NCBI GenBank assembly: GCA_963764165.1
Contig: CAVXRD010000001.1
Location: 736,001-800,000, forward strand
Reading direction: 5' to 3'
DNA: 64,000 nucleotides
Source: an uncultured Verrucomicrobiae bacterium
Lineage (GTDB): Bacteria; Verrucomicrobiota; Verrucomicrobiia; Limisphaerales; Palsa-1400
Shown here: piece after piece, positions 1-10,100 of the stretch
Layout of the letters: each line of letters opens with the position of its first letter
Position numbering within the stretch: position 1 is the first letter of the stretch
The notes under the pieces: model-generated
The model's database searches: none
The model's input: only the letters and a program-made list of their open reading frames with translations
What the model was told of the DNA's origin: nothing
Program-made: the position numbers and the translations under genes

Positions 1-976
1 AATCCTCCGCCGCCTCCACAAAATTGGTCCCTTCATACGCCAGTTCGCCCAGCACAAACCACGCGCGCGGATAATGATTCGGATTGCCGCTCACCAGCGC
101 CTGAAGCTGCTTGGTGGCGTTGGTGCGATCATTGGTCTGGATGTAAATGCCGGCGAGTTTCTGGTGAAGCTCATCGCGAATCGGCGACGCATTCGGATTT
201 TCCTCCAGCAGCCGGTTGAGGATTTCGATGGCCCTGGGCTCCTTGTTGAACCGCGCATAACTATCGGCCAGCCGCTCCCAAAGCCGCGGATTGGTGAAAC
301 GGCATTGGGCCGCGCGGTCGAGCAAAGCCACGGCGGACGCTTCGGCTTCGGAATCCTTCGGCATCGCTTTCAAATACTCGCCAAAAAGGTCGGCCACCGC
401 CATCAGGAGATTAGGCTCCGGCCGAATATCGCGGGCGGCCCGGTGAAGCGTTTTGTCCGCTTCGGGCCAATTTTTATCATGGAACAAAACTTCTAATTGA
501 CAGCCATAACCGTCGAGCATCCCAGGCGCGCGCTGAATGGCCAGCTTGCTTGTCGCCAGCGCCTGGCGGGGGTGATTGGCCGCCAGTTGCACCCGCGAGA
601 GCCATGACAAAATCACCGCCGAAGCATCGGGACGGGCGGCGGATTTGGTCAGGAGCGCCAAGGCCCGATCGTTTTCCTTTTCCTCCAAAAGCTCTTCGGT
701 CACCTGGATGACGAGACTCTCATTGGAGGGATCAGCCAAGGCGGATGCCTCCCATTGCCGTGCCATGCCAGCGGGATCAGCGTTGTTCAAATAGGATTCG
801 CCTGCGGCATAGTGGGCGAACGCGTCTGCGTTGCCAGTGGCAAAAGCAGACGCATGGGCCGGGTCTTTTTGTGAAGACGCCGGCGCCGCCGCGGTGGAAC
901 GAGGGGGAGTTGTCGCGCAACCCGGCAAGAGCAGCCCGGATAACCCGAAAACAAGGATGAATTGAATTGCCTTCAT
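1..976 (-). CDS. TPR-repeat lipoprotein (3' end runs off the window)
   Basis: Not in the ORF track. Hand translation from ATG 976 gives MKAIQFILVFGLSGLLLPGC (lipobox) followed by TPR-like helices (e.g. AWFVLGELAY, LWERLADSY). No stop before position 1. Confidence 0.8.
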   Translation of the reverse strand, partial: MKAIQFILVFGLSGLLLPGCATTPPRSTAAAPASSQKDPAHASAFATGNADAFAHYAAGESYLNNADPAGMARQWEASALADPSNESLVIQVTEELLEEKENDRALALLTKSAARPDASAVILSWLSRVQLAANHPRQALATSKLAIQRAPGMLDGYGCQLEVLFHDKNWPEADKTLHRAARDIRPEPNLLMAVADLFGEYLKAMPKDSEAEASAVALLDRAAQCRFTNPRLWERLADSYARFNKEPRAIEILNRLLEENPNASPIRDELHQKLAGIYIQTNDRTNATKQLQALVSGNPNHYPRAWFVLGELAYEGTNFVEAAED

Positions 977-1060
977 GCGGTCCATGACGGAGTCCAAGAG
1001 AATCCGTTTTCCGCGCGCCGAAGGGGTTGTGAACAACCCTCCAAAACCCACCGACACCAG

Positions 1061-1162
1061 CTATTTCTGCCAGGTGCGTTTTTTGTGCCGATTAGCGCGC
1101 AGCTTTTTGCGGCGTTTATGCTTGTTGATCTTGCTTTTGCGTCGTTTTTTTAGTGATCCCAT
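1061..1162 (-). CDS. AURKAIP1/COX24-domain (bS22/mS38-like) small basic protein, 33 aa
   Basis: Hand translation [33 protein letters not shown] matches the MGS..KKRRK...KHK.RK pattern. Lies just downstream of hisG. Confidence 0.85.
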   Translation of the reverse strand: MGSLKKRRKSKINKHKRRKKLRANRHKKRTWQK

Positions 1163-1186
1163 AATTAGTTGTTCATAAATGCCCGG

Positions 1187-2068
1187 TCAATATACCACTT
1201 TGTTCAAAGGATATTCAATAATTCCTTCCGCCCCTGCTGCCTTCAATTGAGGGATTAATTCCCGGACAACCTTTTCGTCAATGATTGTCTCCACAGCCAC
1301 CCAGCCGGTCAAGCTCAGGCTGGAGACAGTTGGGTTCCTCAGCGCGGGCAGGGTTTTCAGGAGACTGTCCAAATTCTCTTGCCGCAAATTCATTTTCAAG
1401 CCGACTTTGCTTTCGGCATCGAGCGCCCCGCGCAGCAGCATGGCAAGTGTCTCGATTTTTTTCCGTTTCCACGGATTCTTCCACGAGTCATGATTGGCGA
1501 TCAGGCGCGGTGTGGAAACCAATAGCGTGTCCACGATGCGCAATTTATTCGCCCGAAGCGACGAGCCGGTCTCGGTGATTTCAACAATCGCATCCACCAA
1601 TTCGTGCGCTTTGACTTCGGTCGCGCCCCAGGAAAACTCCACTTCCGCCTTCACCTTGTGCTGGCGCAGGTAGCGTTTCGTAATGTTGACGACTTCGGTG
1701 GCGATGCGTTTTCCTTGCAGATCCTTCGGCGATTTGATGGGGGAATTTTCCGGCACCGCAAGCACCCAGCGGGCTGGCTGGCTGGTGGCTTTGCTGAATT
1801 GAAATTCGCCGACTTCATGAACCTTGGAGCCGTTCTCGACGATCCAATCGTGGCCGGTCAGGCCGCAGTCAAGATAACCGTGCTGGACGTAGCGGCTGAT
1901 TTCCTGGGCTCGAATGAGCCGAACGGACATCTCTTCGTCGTCAACATACGGCGCGTAGGAACGGCTGCTGACCTGAATGTGGAAGCCCGCCTTGGCCATC
2001 TTGGCCAGGGCGGCATCCTGCAAACTTCCCTTGGGCAATCCCAGTTTCAGCACTTCTTTAGGACTCAT
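1187..2068 (-). CDS. hisG: ATP phosphoribosyltransferase (long form)
   Basis: [21 protein letters not shown] and [18 protein letters not shown] motifs, plus the C-terminal regulatory domain. Confidence 0.96.
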   Translation of the reverse strand: MSPKEVLKLGLPKGSLQDAALAKMAKAGFHIQVSSRSYAPYVDDEEMSVRLIRAQEISRYVQHGYLDCGLTGHDWIVENGSKVHEVGEFQFSKATSQPARWVLAVPENSPIKSPKDLQGKRIATEVVNITKRYLRQHKVKAEVEFSWGATEVKAHELVDAIVEITETGSSLRANKLRIVDTLLVSTPRLIANHDSWKNPWKRKKIETLAMLLRGALDAESKVGLKMNLRQENLDSLLKTLPALRNPTVSSLSLTGWVAVETIIDEKVVRELIPQLKAAGAEGIIEYPLNKVVY

Positions 2069-2374
2069 GTTGCTTGGCGGAACGCTTGGTCTTGACTCGG
2101 GAGTAAACTTTTCCGGAGGGCTTAACCTTCGTTACCGGCGAGATTGTCCACTTCCGCCGCGGCAAAGCCAACTTTTTCTTTTTCGCTTTCACGGCGAAAA
2201 CATGGCCGTAATTTGCGATTTTGAAAAGTTAACAAAGGATGGGGATCTCAACGCAAGGGCGCAAGGCCCAAGGACGCAGCGCGGCAAAGCCGCAACCAAA
2301 GAACGTGATCCCCTCCGCTGTTCCAGATTCAAATTTCTTTCCTCCGCCCCTTCGAAAATCTAAATTTCCGCCAG

Positions 2375-2881
2375 ATGAGTCATTACTGGTCGATCTTCGT
2401 TAATTTGCTGGCGACGCCTTTTGAGCGCATCAATCTGGTTTGGGGAATCGTGCCGATTTATTTCGCCCTGCTGTTAAACGAAGTGACGTCGAGCAAAGCC
2501 AGTTTCCGCACCGCAGTCCAGACCGGGTTTTGTTTCCTTTGGGCGGGGGCGCAATGGCTCTACCCGAATTTCACGTCCTCAGGTTATCAATCGCATTTGA
2601 TTGAATCCGCGGCGATGCGGCCTGTCAAAATGCTGGTGACGTTCATGGTGATTGTGTTTGGCCTCGTTTCGTTGGTGAGCGGATTGCGCAAAAAATTTCC
2701 GAAGCACGGCCGTTTCCTCGGCCAGACGCGGTTCGCCAATTATTTCATGATCATGATTTTCCCGATGCAAGCCAGCGCCCTGTCGTGGACGTGGGCGCGC
2801 CTCGGGGCCATTCTCATCTTCGCGGCGCCCGTCTGGCTCTTGCTGCATTTCGGGTTGATGCCATTCCGCGGCCCGAAGTAA
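2375..2881 (+). CDS. hypothetical integral membrane protein
   Basis: 168-aa ORF with about 5 hydrophobic segments; no family recognised. Confidence 0.7.
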   Translation: MSHYWSIFVNLLATPFERINLVWGIVPIYFALLLNEVTSSKASFRTAVQTGFCFLWAGAQWLYPNFTSSGYQSHLIESAAMRPVKMLVTFMVIVFGLVSLVSGLRKKFPKHGRFLGQTRFANYFMIMIFPMQASALSWTWARLGAILIFAAPVWLLLHFGLMPFRGPK

Positions 2882-2996
2882 AGCAATGTTGGCGAAAATT
2901 CTGCACGACGATTAGTTGTTGCGCGGAGACGGCGAGTGTCTACAATACGCTTCCGTGTTGCGTCAGCATAAACGGAAAACTAACCCTTGCCTTCCT

Positions 2997-4763
2997 ATGG
3001 AAAAATCATCGCTGCATAAAACCGCCCTTGCCCTCGTCATTGCCGCCGGCTTCGCGTGTTTCGCGCCGAAGCCCGCCCTCGCGGCGGACGCCCCTGCCAT
3101 CTCAGCGGACGAAGCCATCGCCCGCATCAAAAAGGAGGGCATGTCCAACTCCCAAGCCATGACCACGCTCAGCTATTTGAGCGATGTCATCGGCGAGCGC
3201 CTCACTGGCTCGCCCAGCCTCAAGCGCGCCAATGAATGGACGAAATCGAAGTTGACCGAGTGGGGCTTGAGCAACGCGCATCTTGAATCGTGGGGGCCGT
3301 TTGGCCGCGGCTGGGAGCTGAAGCATTTTTCCGCGCAAGTCACCGAGCCGCTCGATTATCCGGTGATCGCCTGCCCCAACGCCTGGACGCCAGGCCTGTC
3401 AAAAACATTGAAGGCCGACGTGGTTTACATGGGCAACGTCGGCACCTCCAACCTCGAAAGTTACAAAGGCCAATTGGCTGGCAAAATTGTCCTTATCTCG
3501 CCCATGCGCGAACTCTTCCCCCGCACGGAACCGATCTTCACACGCCAAACGGAAAGCAATCTCACGCGGCTTGCGGAGATGACCGGCAACGCCGACCGTC
3601 CCCAGCGCATCCGGGGCGGGACGAACAGATTCGGTGGCGGCACGAATCGCTTTGGCGGCGGCCCCGGAGGGCGATTCGGCGGCGCGGATCGGATGCGCGG
3701 CCCCCGATTGCTCGCATTCTTGATGAAGGAAAAAGTGGGCCTCGTCATCAGCGAGAGCTCGCAGGGCGACGGCGGGACGATTTTTGTCTCCCAGGCGTCC
3801 GTGCCAAGCACGAATACGAACACAACCGCTGGCTTTGGCCCCGGCCCCGCGGGACCCCGCCCACCCAGTTATTATTCGCTGAACGCGCCTCCCATGCCTC
3901 CACAAATCACGATGGCGGCGGAGGATTACAACCGCCTGGTCCGCATGACGCAATTTGGCGTGACGCCGAAAATGGAAGTCGATCTCAAGGTCAAGTATTA
4001 CACCGATGATCCGATGGCTTACAACACCATCGCCGAAATTCCCGGCACTGATCTGAAGGACCAAATCGTCATGCTCGGCGGGCACATGGATTCCTGGCAA
4101 TCCGGCACCGGCGCCACCGACAACGGCGTCGGGGTCGCTGCAGCGATGGAAGCGGTGCGCATCATCAAAGCGGCCGGTTTGCAGCCGCGCCGCACCATTC
4201 GCATCGCGCTCTGGTCGGGTGAAGAAGAAGGGTTGCTCGGCTCGCGCGCTTATGTCTCGAACCACTTCGGAAACTACGGCACCAACGCGCCGCGCAATCG
4301 TGGTTTCCGCCGCCCGCCGTCCGATGACGATACCAACACCGTCGCGGAACCTCCTCCGCCCAAGCTGATCAAAGGCCCGGAGTTTGATAAGCTTTCGGTT
4401 TACTTCAATCTCGACAATGGCGCTGGAAAAATCCGCGGCATTTACATGCAGGGCGACTCGGCGACCAAGCCAATCTTCACGAAGTGGTTCGAGCCATTCC
4501 ACGAAGACGGCGCGGAAACAATCACGGCCTCCAACACCGGATCGACCGATCACGTTTCGTTCGACGACATCGGATTGCCAGGATTCCAGTTCATCCAGGA
4601 TCCGCTCGATTATTCAACCCGCACGCATCATTCGAATCAGGACGTCTTTGACCGCATTCAAGCGGATGATTTGAAGCAGGCGTCCACCATCATGGCCGCG
4701 TTCGTTTACAATGCCGCGATGATGGACGAGAAATTCCCGCGCAAATCGGCGGAGACGGACTAG
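2997..4763 (+). CDS. secreted M28-family metallopeptidase (carboxypeptidase Q-like)
   Basis: Signal peptide; GGHMDSW, GATDNG, GEEEGLLGS, NLDNG, GSTDH and THH zinc motifs. Start placed at ATG 2997. Confidence 0.9.
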   Translation: MEKSSLHKTALALVIAAGFACFAPKPALAADAPAISADEAIARIKKEGMSNSQAMTTLSYLSDVIGERLTGSPSLKRANEWTKSKLTEWGLSNAHLESWGPFGRGWELKHFSAQVTEPLDYPVIACPNAWTPGLSKTLKADVVYMGNVGTSNLESYKGQLAGKIVLISPMRELFPRTEPIFTRQTESNLTRLAEMTGNADRPQRIRGGTNRFGGGTNRFGGGPGGRFGGADRMRGPRLLAFLMKEKVGLVISESSQGDGGTIFVSQASVPSTNTNTTAGFGPGPAGPRPPSYYSLNAPPMPPQITMAAEDYNRLVRMTQFGVTPKMEVDLKVKYYTDDPMAYNTIAEIPGTDLKDQIVMLGGHMDSWQSGTGATDNGVGVAAAMEAVRIIKAAGLQPRRTIRIALWSGEEEGLLGSRAYVSNHFGNYGTNAPRNRGFRRPPSDDDTNTVAEPPPPKLIKGPEFDKLSVYFNLDNGAGKIRGIYMQGDSATKPIFTKWFEPFHEDGAETITASNTGSTDHVSFDDIGLPGFQFIQDPLDYSTRTHHSNQDVFDRIQADDLKQASTIMAAFVYNAAMMDEKFPRKSAETD

Positions 4764-4774
4764 GAGTTCATCTC

Positions 4775-4896
4775 GGTGGGGCGAGACTCTTTCGAGCCCC
4801 GACTGGATTTTGGAGGTTTTGCGCAACGGCGTTTATCGTGGTGAGCACGTTAAGCGCCGTAATTCCATTCAGGGCTCTGCAGAGCATCGCCCTGCC
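4775..4896. repeat. REP-like inverted doublet, family B
   Basis: GGTGGGGCGAGACTCTTTCGAGCCC ... GGGCTCTGCAGAGCATCGCCCTGCC between convergent genes; related copies at 19584 and 51515. Confidence 0.7.
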
Positions 4897-4910
4897 GCGA
4901 AGGGATTGGA

Positions 4911-6086
4911 TTACTTCGCGCGGGCGCGCACGAATTTCTCGATGCGGTCGAGGCCCTTCTCGATGTTCTCCATGCTGGTGGCGTAGCTGAGCCGAATATA
5001 ATCAGGCGCTCCAAAGGCCGAGCCGGGAACCGCCGCAACTTTTTCCTGCTCCAGAAGCTGCGCGCAAAAATCCAGCGAGCCGAGTCCGGTCCCCGAGATG
5101 TTCGGAAACAGATAGAATGCGCCCTTCGCGTTCACGCACGATACGCCGGGCATCGAGTTCAATCGGTTCCACGCGTAGGACCGGCGCCTGGCGAATTCCG
5201 CCAGCCAAAGCGGAAGATGATCCTGCGAGCCATTGAGCGCGGCCACCGCGCCCTTTTGCGAGAACGACACCGGATTGCTCGTGCTGTGGCTTTGAATGGC
5301 GTCGATGGCTTTGGCAATCGGCTCCGGCGCGGCTGTCAAACCTATTCTCCAACCGGTCATCGAGTAGGCCTTGGCCAGGCCATGCACGACAATCGTGTGG
5401 CTGTAATGCTCGGGTGAAAATGCCGCCACGCTGGTGTGCTCCGCGCCATCGTAAACGAGCTTCTCGTAAATTTCGTCGCTCATGATGAGCACGTTCTTCT
5501 CGACGCAAATGTCGCCAAGGGCCTTGATTTCCTCGCGCGTGTAAATGGAGCCGGTTGGGTTGCTCGGAGAATTGAGAATGAACAAGCGCGTGCGCGGCGT
5601 GATGGCGGCCCGCAATTGATCCGGCGTGATTTTGAATTCCGTCTTGTCCGACGTCTCAATGAAAACCGGTGTCGCCTCCGCCAGCCGCGCCATCTCCGGA
5701 TAACTCAGCCAGTAAGGCGCGGGAATGATCACTTCGTCGCCGGGATTGCAGGTGGCGAGGATGACGTTGCAGCAGGAATGCTTGCCACCACAGGAAATAA
5801 TAATTTGCGACGGCTTGTAGGCCAGTCCGTTGTCGCGTTTGAATTTGTCCGCGGCGGCCTGGCGCAATTCCAGAATGCCGCTGCTGGCGGTGTATTTCGT
5901 GAATCCATCGCGCAATGCCTTGATGGCCGCCTCAACAATATGGGCAGGCGTGGCAAAATCCGGTTCCCCCGCGCCGAAGCCAATGACATCCATTCCCTCG
6001 GCCTTCATTTGTTTCGCCTTGGAATCAATGGCGAGGGTGATCGACGGGGTCAGCGCCGCCGCCCGGCGCGAAATTAAATTATTCAT
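4911..6086 (-). CDS. aspC: PLP-dependent class I/II (aspartate) aminotransferase
   Basis: GAGEPDF, NSPSNPTG, SDEIYEKL and AKAYSMTGWRIG motifs. Confidence 0.9.
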   Translation of the reverse strand: MNNLISRRAAALTPSITLAIDSKAKQMKAEGMDVIGFGAGEPDFATPAHIVEAAIKALRDGFTKYTASSGILELRQAAADKFKRDNGLAYKPSQIIISCGGKHSCCNVILATCNPGDEVIIPAPYWLSYPEMARLAEATPVFIETSDKTEFKITPDQLRAAITPRTRLFILNSPSNPTGSIYTREEIKALGDICVEKNVLIMSDEIYEKLVYDGAEHTSVAAFSPEHYSHTIVVHGLAKAYSMTGWRIGLTAAPEPIAKAIDAIQSHSTSNPVSFSQKGAVAALNGSQDHLPLWLAEFARRRSYAWNRLNSMPGVSCVNAKGAFYLFPNISGTGLGSLDFCAQLLEQEKVAAVPGSAFGAPDYIRLSYATSMENIEKGLDRIEKFVRARAK

Positions 6087-6209
6087 ATTCAAGCCGAGAA
6101 GAAATAGCGGCCATCTCCATCAAACTTCAAGGGGAATTTGAGCGCTCGGGGAAATCGCAAACTTGGTCTCGCGGCTAAATCAAAAATAAATTACCATTTG
6201 TCGAGCTGC

Positions 6210-6500
6210 ATGGAAAATTCGCAAATTGAAGTCAAGCATGTTCCCGAGGAACAGCGTTTTGAAGTCCGGCTGGAAAGCGAAGTCGGCTTCCTCAGCTACG
6301 CCATTCACGGGGATGAAGTGATGCTCGATCACACTTACGTGCCGGACGCGTGGCGCGGACGCGGCGTGGCAGCGGAGCTGGTGAAGGCGGCGATTACCGA
6401 AGCGCGCCTGCGACAGTGGAAAGTGCGCCCCCGATGCTCCTACATCGCCACCTATTTTCAACGCCATCCCGAATGCGCGGATGTCCTGTCCGCGCGTTAG
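6210..6500 (+). CDS. small GNAT acetyltransferase (YjdJ-like)
   Basis: DHTYVPDAWRGRGVA and PRCSYI motifs. Confidence 0.85.
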   Translation: MENSQIEVKHVPEEQRFEVRLESEVGFLSYAIHGDEVMLDHTYVPDAWRGRGVAAELVKAAITEARLRQWKVRPRCSYIATYFQRHPECADVLSAR

Positions 6501-6619
6501 GAGCCATCCTGGAACCGGGGAAAGCTCGGCAGCCTCGCCCGGCCGGGCTTTCCTCGGATCGATGGCGCACAGCGTGAAATTGCCTTCGTATTTGCCAGCC
6601 CTTGCGCTTATTTTCCGTC

Positions 6620-8848
6620 GTGATCGCGCGCGTGACGCTGGATATCGCCCTGGGCAAGGAATTTGATTACCTCGTTCCCGAAGAATTGCAGGAAGCAATC
6701 GAAGTTGGAACGCGGGTCAAAGTTCCGTTTGCCAATCGGCAGGTGCTTGGCTGCGTCACCGCGCTGCCGGAAACTTCTCCGCATTCGATTCTCCGCCCGA
6801 TCATCAAGACGATTGGCCGCCAATCGCACGTCACGCCGAAGATTCTCGAACTGGCCCGCTGGCTCGGCGAATACTACTGCTGCCCGCCGGAAATTGCTTT
6901 GCGCAGCGTCCTCCCGGAAGCTGTGCGCAAGGAAAAGGAAGGTTGGCGCGAACAGCTTTGCGTCCGCGCCCTTTCCGCGCCTGGCATGCAGCCAAAGTTA
7001 AGCAAGCGCCAGTCGGAGATTCTTGAGATGGTTCGGGCCGCGAAGGAAATGCCGTTGCAGGAAATTCTCCAAAGCGCGAACACCACCGCGCAAACGCTCC
7101 GCCGGCTTGAAGACAAAGGATTGCTTCACATCGCCCCGCAAATTTCCGAGCGCGATCCTTATGCGCGCGAAACCATTTTGCCAACGACCGCGCTGGAACT
7201 TAACGCCGGCCAGGCGCGCGCCGTCGCGGAAATCACCGCCGATATCGGCTCCGCCGAATCCGGCAAGGCGAAGCCGGCGTTTCTTCTTCACGGCGTCACC
7301 GGCAGCGGCAAGACGGAAGTTTATTTGCAAGCCATCTCGCACGCGCTGCAAAGAGGCCTGGGCGCCATTGTGCTGGTGCCAGAAATTTCGTTGACACCGC
7401 AGACCGTCGAGCGATTCAAGGCGCGCTTCAGTTCCGGGCCGGTAAAAACGCTCGTCGCCGTGCTTCACAGCCACTTGTCCGCAGGCGAACGCCATGACGA
7501 ATGGCACAAAATCCGCCAGGGCCGGGCGCGGATCGTCATTGGCGCGCGCTCCGCCGTCTTCGCCCCGGTCGATCCGCTCGGGCTGATCATTGTCGACGAA
7601 GAGCATGAGTATTCCTACAAGCAGGAGGAGGCGCCCCGCTACCACGCGCGCGATGTCGCGGTCGTTCGTGGACGGATGGAGAATGCGGTGGTTGTCCTCG
7701 GCTCCGCCACGCCGTCGATGGAAAGCTCCTACAACGCGCAGAAGGGAAAGTACCGCCTGCTCGACATGCCCATTCGCGCTGACAATAAGAAAATGCCGGC
7801 GGTGCGCGTGGTCGATATGCGCCAGGCGGCGCGCCAGGAAAAAGGCCCGCCGATGTTTTCGCCCCAATTGAAAGAGGCGATTCACAAACGCCTTGAGCGC
7901 AAGGAGCAGACGCTGCTTTTCTTGAATCGGCGCGGATTTGCCACTTCTATGCAGTGCCCGCTGTGCGGCTACGTGGCCGAGTGCCCGAATTGCAGCGTGG
8001 CGCTTACATATCACCGCCAAGCCGGGCGATTGAAGTGCCACATTTGCGCGCACGATGTCCCCGCCCCGACTGTCTGTCCCGATCCAAAATGCCGCAATCC
8101 CGCGATCCGTTTTGCCGGCATGGGGACGGAGAAAGTTGAAGCCACGCTGGCCAAATTGTTTCCGCACGCGCGCGTGCAGCGAATGGATTCCGACGCGCTC
8201 AAACGCAAGGAGGATTACCGCCGCATCCTCGGAGATTTCCGCACCGGCAAAACAGACATTCTCGTCGGCACGCAGATGATCGCCAAGGGCCTGCATTTTC
8301 CGAACGTCACGCTGGTCGGCATCATTTACGCCGATCTCGGCCTGCACGTGCCGGATTTTCGCGCGGGCGAACGGACATTTCAATTATTGACGCAAGTGGC
8401 CGGCCGGGCCGGGCGCGGCGATGTGGAGGGCGAAGTGATCGTGCAGGCGTTCACCCCGTTTCATCCCGCCATTCAATACGCCCGCCGCCACGATTTCAAC
8501 GGCTACTACGAGCAGGAAATCGAATTCCGCCAGCAATTGAAATATCCGCCGACGGGCCGCATCGCGCTGCTGCTTCTCAAGGGGCGCAACGAAGACAAAG
8601 TGAAATTGTCCGCCGCTCACGTAAAGCAGGAACTCGAAAAGCGCGCCGCCTCCGTCGGCGATCTCACCATCTCCGGCCCCGCCGCCGCCCCCCTCGCCCG
8701 CGCCGAGACGCTCTATCGCTACCAAATCATGCTGCGCACGCGCCACATCATGAAGCTGAGTCCCGTCCTGCAGGAACTTTGCGCCGCGCTGAATCTACCC
8801 GACGGTGTGACGATCTCAATCGATATTGATCCCGTGAACTTGATGTGA
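6620..8848 (+). CDS. priA: primosomal protein N'
   Basis: GVTGSGKTEVY, DEEHE, Cys-rich CxxC zinc region and QVAGRAGR. GTG start inferred. Confidence 0.97.
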   Translation: MIARVTLDIALGKEFDYLVPEELQEAIEVGTRVKVPFANRQVLGCVTALPETSPHSILRPIIKTIGRQSHVTPKILELARWLGEYYCCPPEIALRSVLPEAVRKEKEGWREQLCVRALSAPGMQPKLSKRQSEILEMVRAAKEMPLQEILQSANTTAQTLRRLEDKGLLHIAPQISERDPYARETILPTTALELNAGQARAVAEITADIGSAESGKAKPAFLLHGVTGSGKTEVYLQAISHALQRGLGAIVLVPEISLTPQTVERFKARFSSGPVKTLVAVLHSHLSAGERHDEWHKIRQGRARIVIGARSAVFAPVDPLGLIIVDEEHEYSYKQEEAPRYHARDVAVVRGRMENAVVVLGSATPSMESSYNAQKGKYRLLDMPIRADNKKMPAVRVVDMRQAARQEKGPPMFSPQLKEAIHKRLERKEQTLLFLNRRGFATSMQCPLCGYVAECPNCSVALTYHRQAGRLKCHICAHDVPAPTVCPDPKCRNPAIRFAGMGTEKVEATLAKLFPHARVQRMDSDALKRKEDYRRILGDFRTGKTDILVGTQMIAKGLHFPNVTLVGIIYADLGLHVPDFRAGERTFQLLTQVAGRAGRGDVEGEVIVQAFTPFHPAIQYARRHDFNGYYEQEIEFRQQLKYPPTGRIALLLLKGRNEDKVKLSAAHVKQELEKRAASVGDLTISGPAAAPLARAETLYRYQIMLRTRHIMKLSPVLQELCAALNLPDGVTISIDIDPVNLM

Positions 8849-8856
8849 TTGCGCGG

Positions 8857-9402
8857 TTACTCGGCGCTGTTGGATAGGAGAGTGCCGGCGGTAAATATCG
8901 GAGGCGAATCCTGATTTCTTTCGCCCTGCTCCGTGAGCAATTCGTCCAATTTGTCCAACGACTTATGGGCTGCGCTTTCGTAGTTGAAAAAAGTTGGTTC
9001 CTGATCGGCCTTTTGCCCCGAGGCTGCAGCGGAGCGATTGCCAACAAACGCGCGCCTGGGAGCGCCACCAAATGGCCACGCGGCCACCCACACCAAAATC
9101 GCGAGCGCCGCGGCAGACCCAACTGCGAATGAAAACCTCCAGTTCCACCTAGAGTCGCCCGAAGGGCGTCCCGCGGACGAAAGCGCTCCGGCCACCCGCC
9201 GATGGAATAATGCGGTTGGCTGGATGTCCGCCCCTGGTTCTGCTCCACGCAAGTTTCCCGCGATGTTGGAAATCTCTTCCAGATAGCAGCGGCACGCGGC
9301 ACAAGCTTTCAAATGTGCCAGAAGCTTGGATTCAACTTGGATTTCCAAGGCATCCATTGCCAGCCAGGCAATTTGCTTCCGGTATTTTCGACAGGGATTC
9401 AT
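8857..9402 (-). CDS. zinc-binding (ZAS/zf-HC2) anti-sigma factor with one TM helix
   Basis: HxxxCxxC (HLKACAAC), a TM segment, and an ATGA overlap with the upstream ECF sigma. Confidence 0.85.
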   Translation of the reverse strand: MNPCRKYRKQIAWLAMDALEIQVESKLLAHLKACAACRCYLEEISNIAGNLRGAEPGADIQPTALFHRRVAGALSSAGRPSGDSRWNWRFSFAVGSAAALAILVWVAAWPFGGAPRRAFVGNRSAAASGQKADQEPTFFNYESAAHKSLDKLDELLTEQGERNQDSPPIFTAGTLLSNSAE

Positions 9403-10037
9403 AAAGTCTTGGGTTTCGCCTCCGGTTGGATGAATTGGCCGCGCAGGGCTTTCATGCCGCGCAAGTTTTCCAAGGCATGGAACAAACGCGATTTCACCGT
9501 TCCTTCAGAACAGCCGAGGGCGGCAGCAATTCCGTCGAGGGAATCGTCGACGTAAAATCGCAAATGAATGACTTGCTGTTGCTTCGGAGGCAGCGTTTGA
9601 ATGCATCGCCAGACAAGCGCCGCCTGGTCGCGCTGCACGGCGAACTGGTCGGGCAAAGGTTCATGATCAACGACTTGATTGAGGCTGCGTTGGAATTCTT
9701 CATCATCGTCTGCTGTGATGCAGGAAAACAGCGGCCAGCGCTTCCGGCGGATGGTGTTGCGGTAACGGTTCAGCAGGATGGCGCAGAGCCACGTAAAGAA
9801 CTGGCAGCGGCCATCGTAGCGGCGCAGCGATTTCCAAGCCTCCACCAGCGTGTCTTGCGCCAGGTCTTCTGCGAGGGCGGCATCCCCACTGAGCGCGACG
9901 GCTTGTCGCAAAAGCCGCGCCGCATAAGTCTGGCAGACCTCTCCAAACGCACCGGAGTCGCCCTCTCGAGCCCTAAGCAGGAGACTCCGAGTTTCTGGAA
10001 TCGCGCTCTCCACAATGGATGGACTCAAGCTGAACAC
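9399..10037 (-). CDS. ECF RNA polymerase sigma factor
   Basis: AEDLAQDT, FFTWLCAI and IAAALGCSEGTVKSRLFHA; start uncertain. Confidence 0.92.
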   Translation of the reverse strand: MFSLSPSIVESAIPETRSLLLRAREGDSGAFGEVCQTYAARLLRQAVALSGDAALAEDLAQDTLVEAWKSLRRYDGRCQFFTWLCAILLNRYRNTIRRKRWPLFSCITADDDEEFQRSLNQVVDHEPLPDQFAVQRDQAALVWRCIQTLPPKQQQVIHLRFYVDDSLDGIAAALGCSEGTVKSRLFHALENLRGMKALRGQFIQPEAKPKTL

Positions 10038-10100
10038 ACCTGGAATTAGGTCTGGAAAAACCAGGCAGTTCCAGAAAGAAATTGCCCGCTCCGTGATTTG

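Noticed and set aside
74..960. Plus-strand ORFs at the window start
   Set aside because: The minus strand carries an uninterrupted lipoprotein/TPR frame that explains the region better
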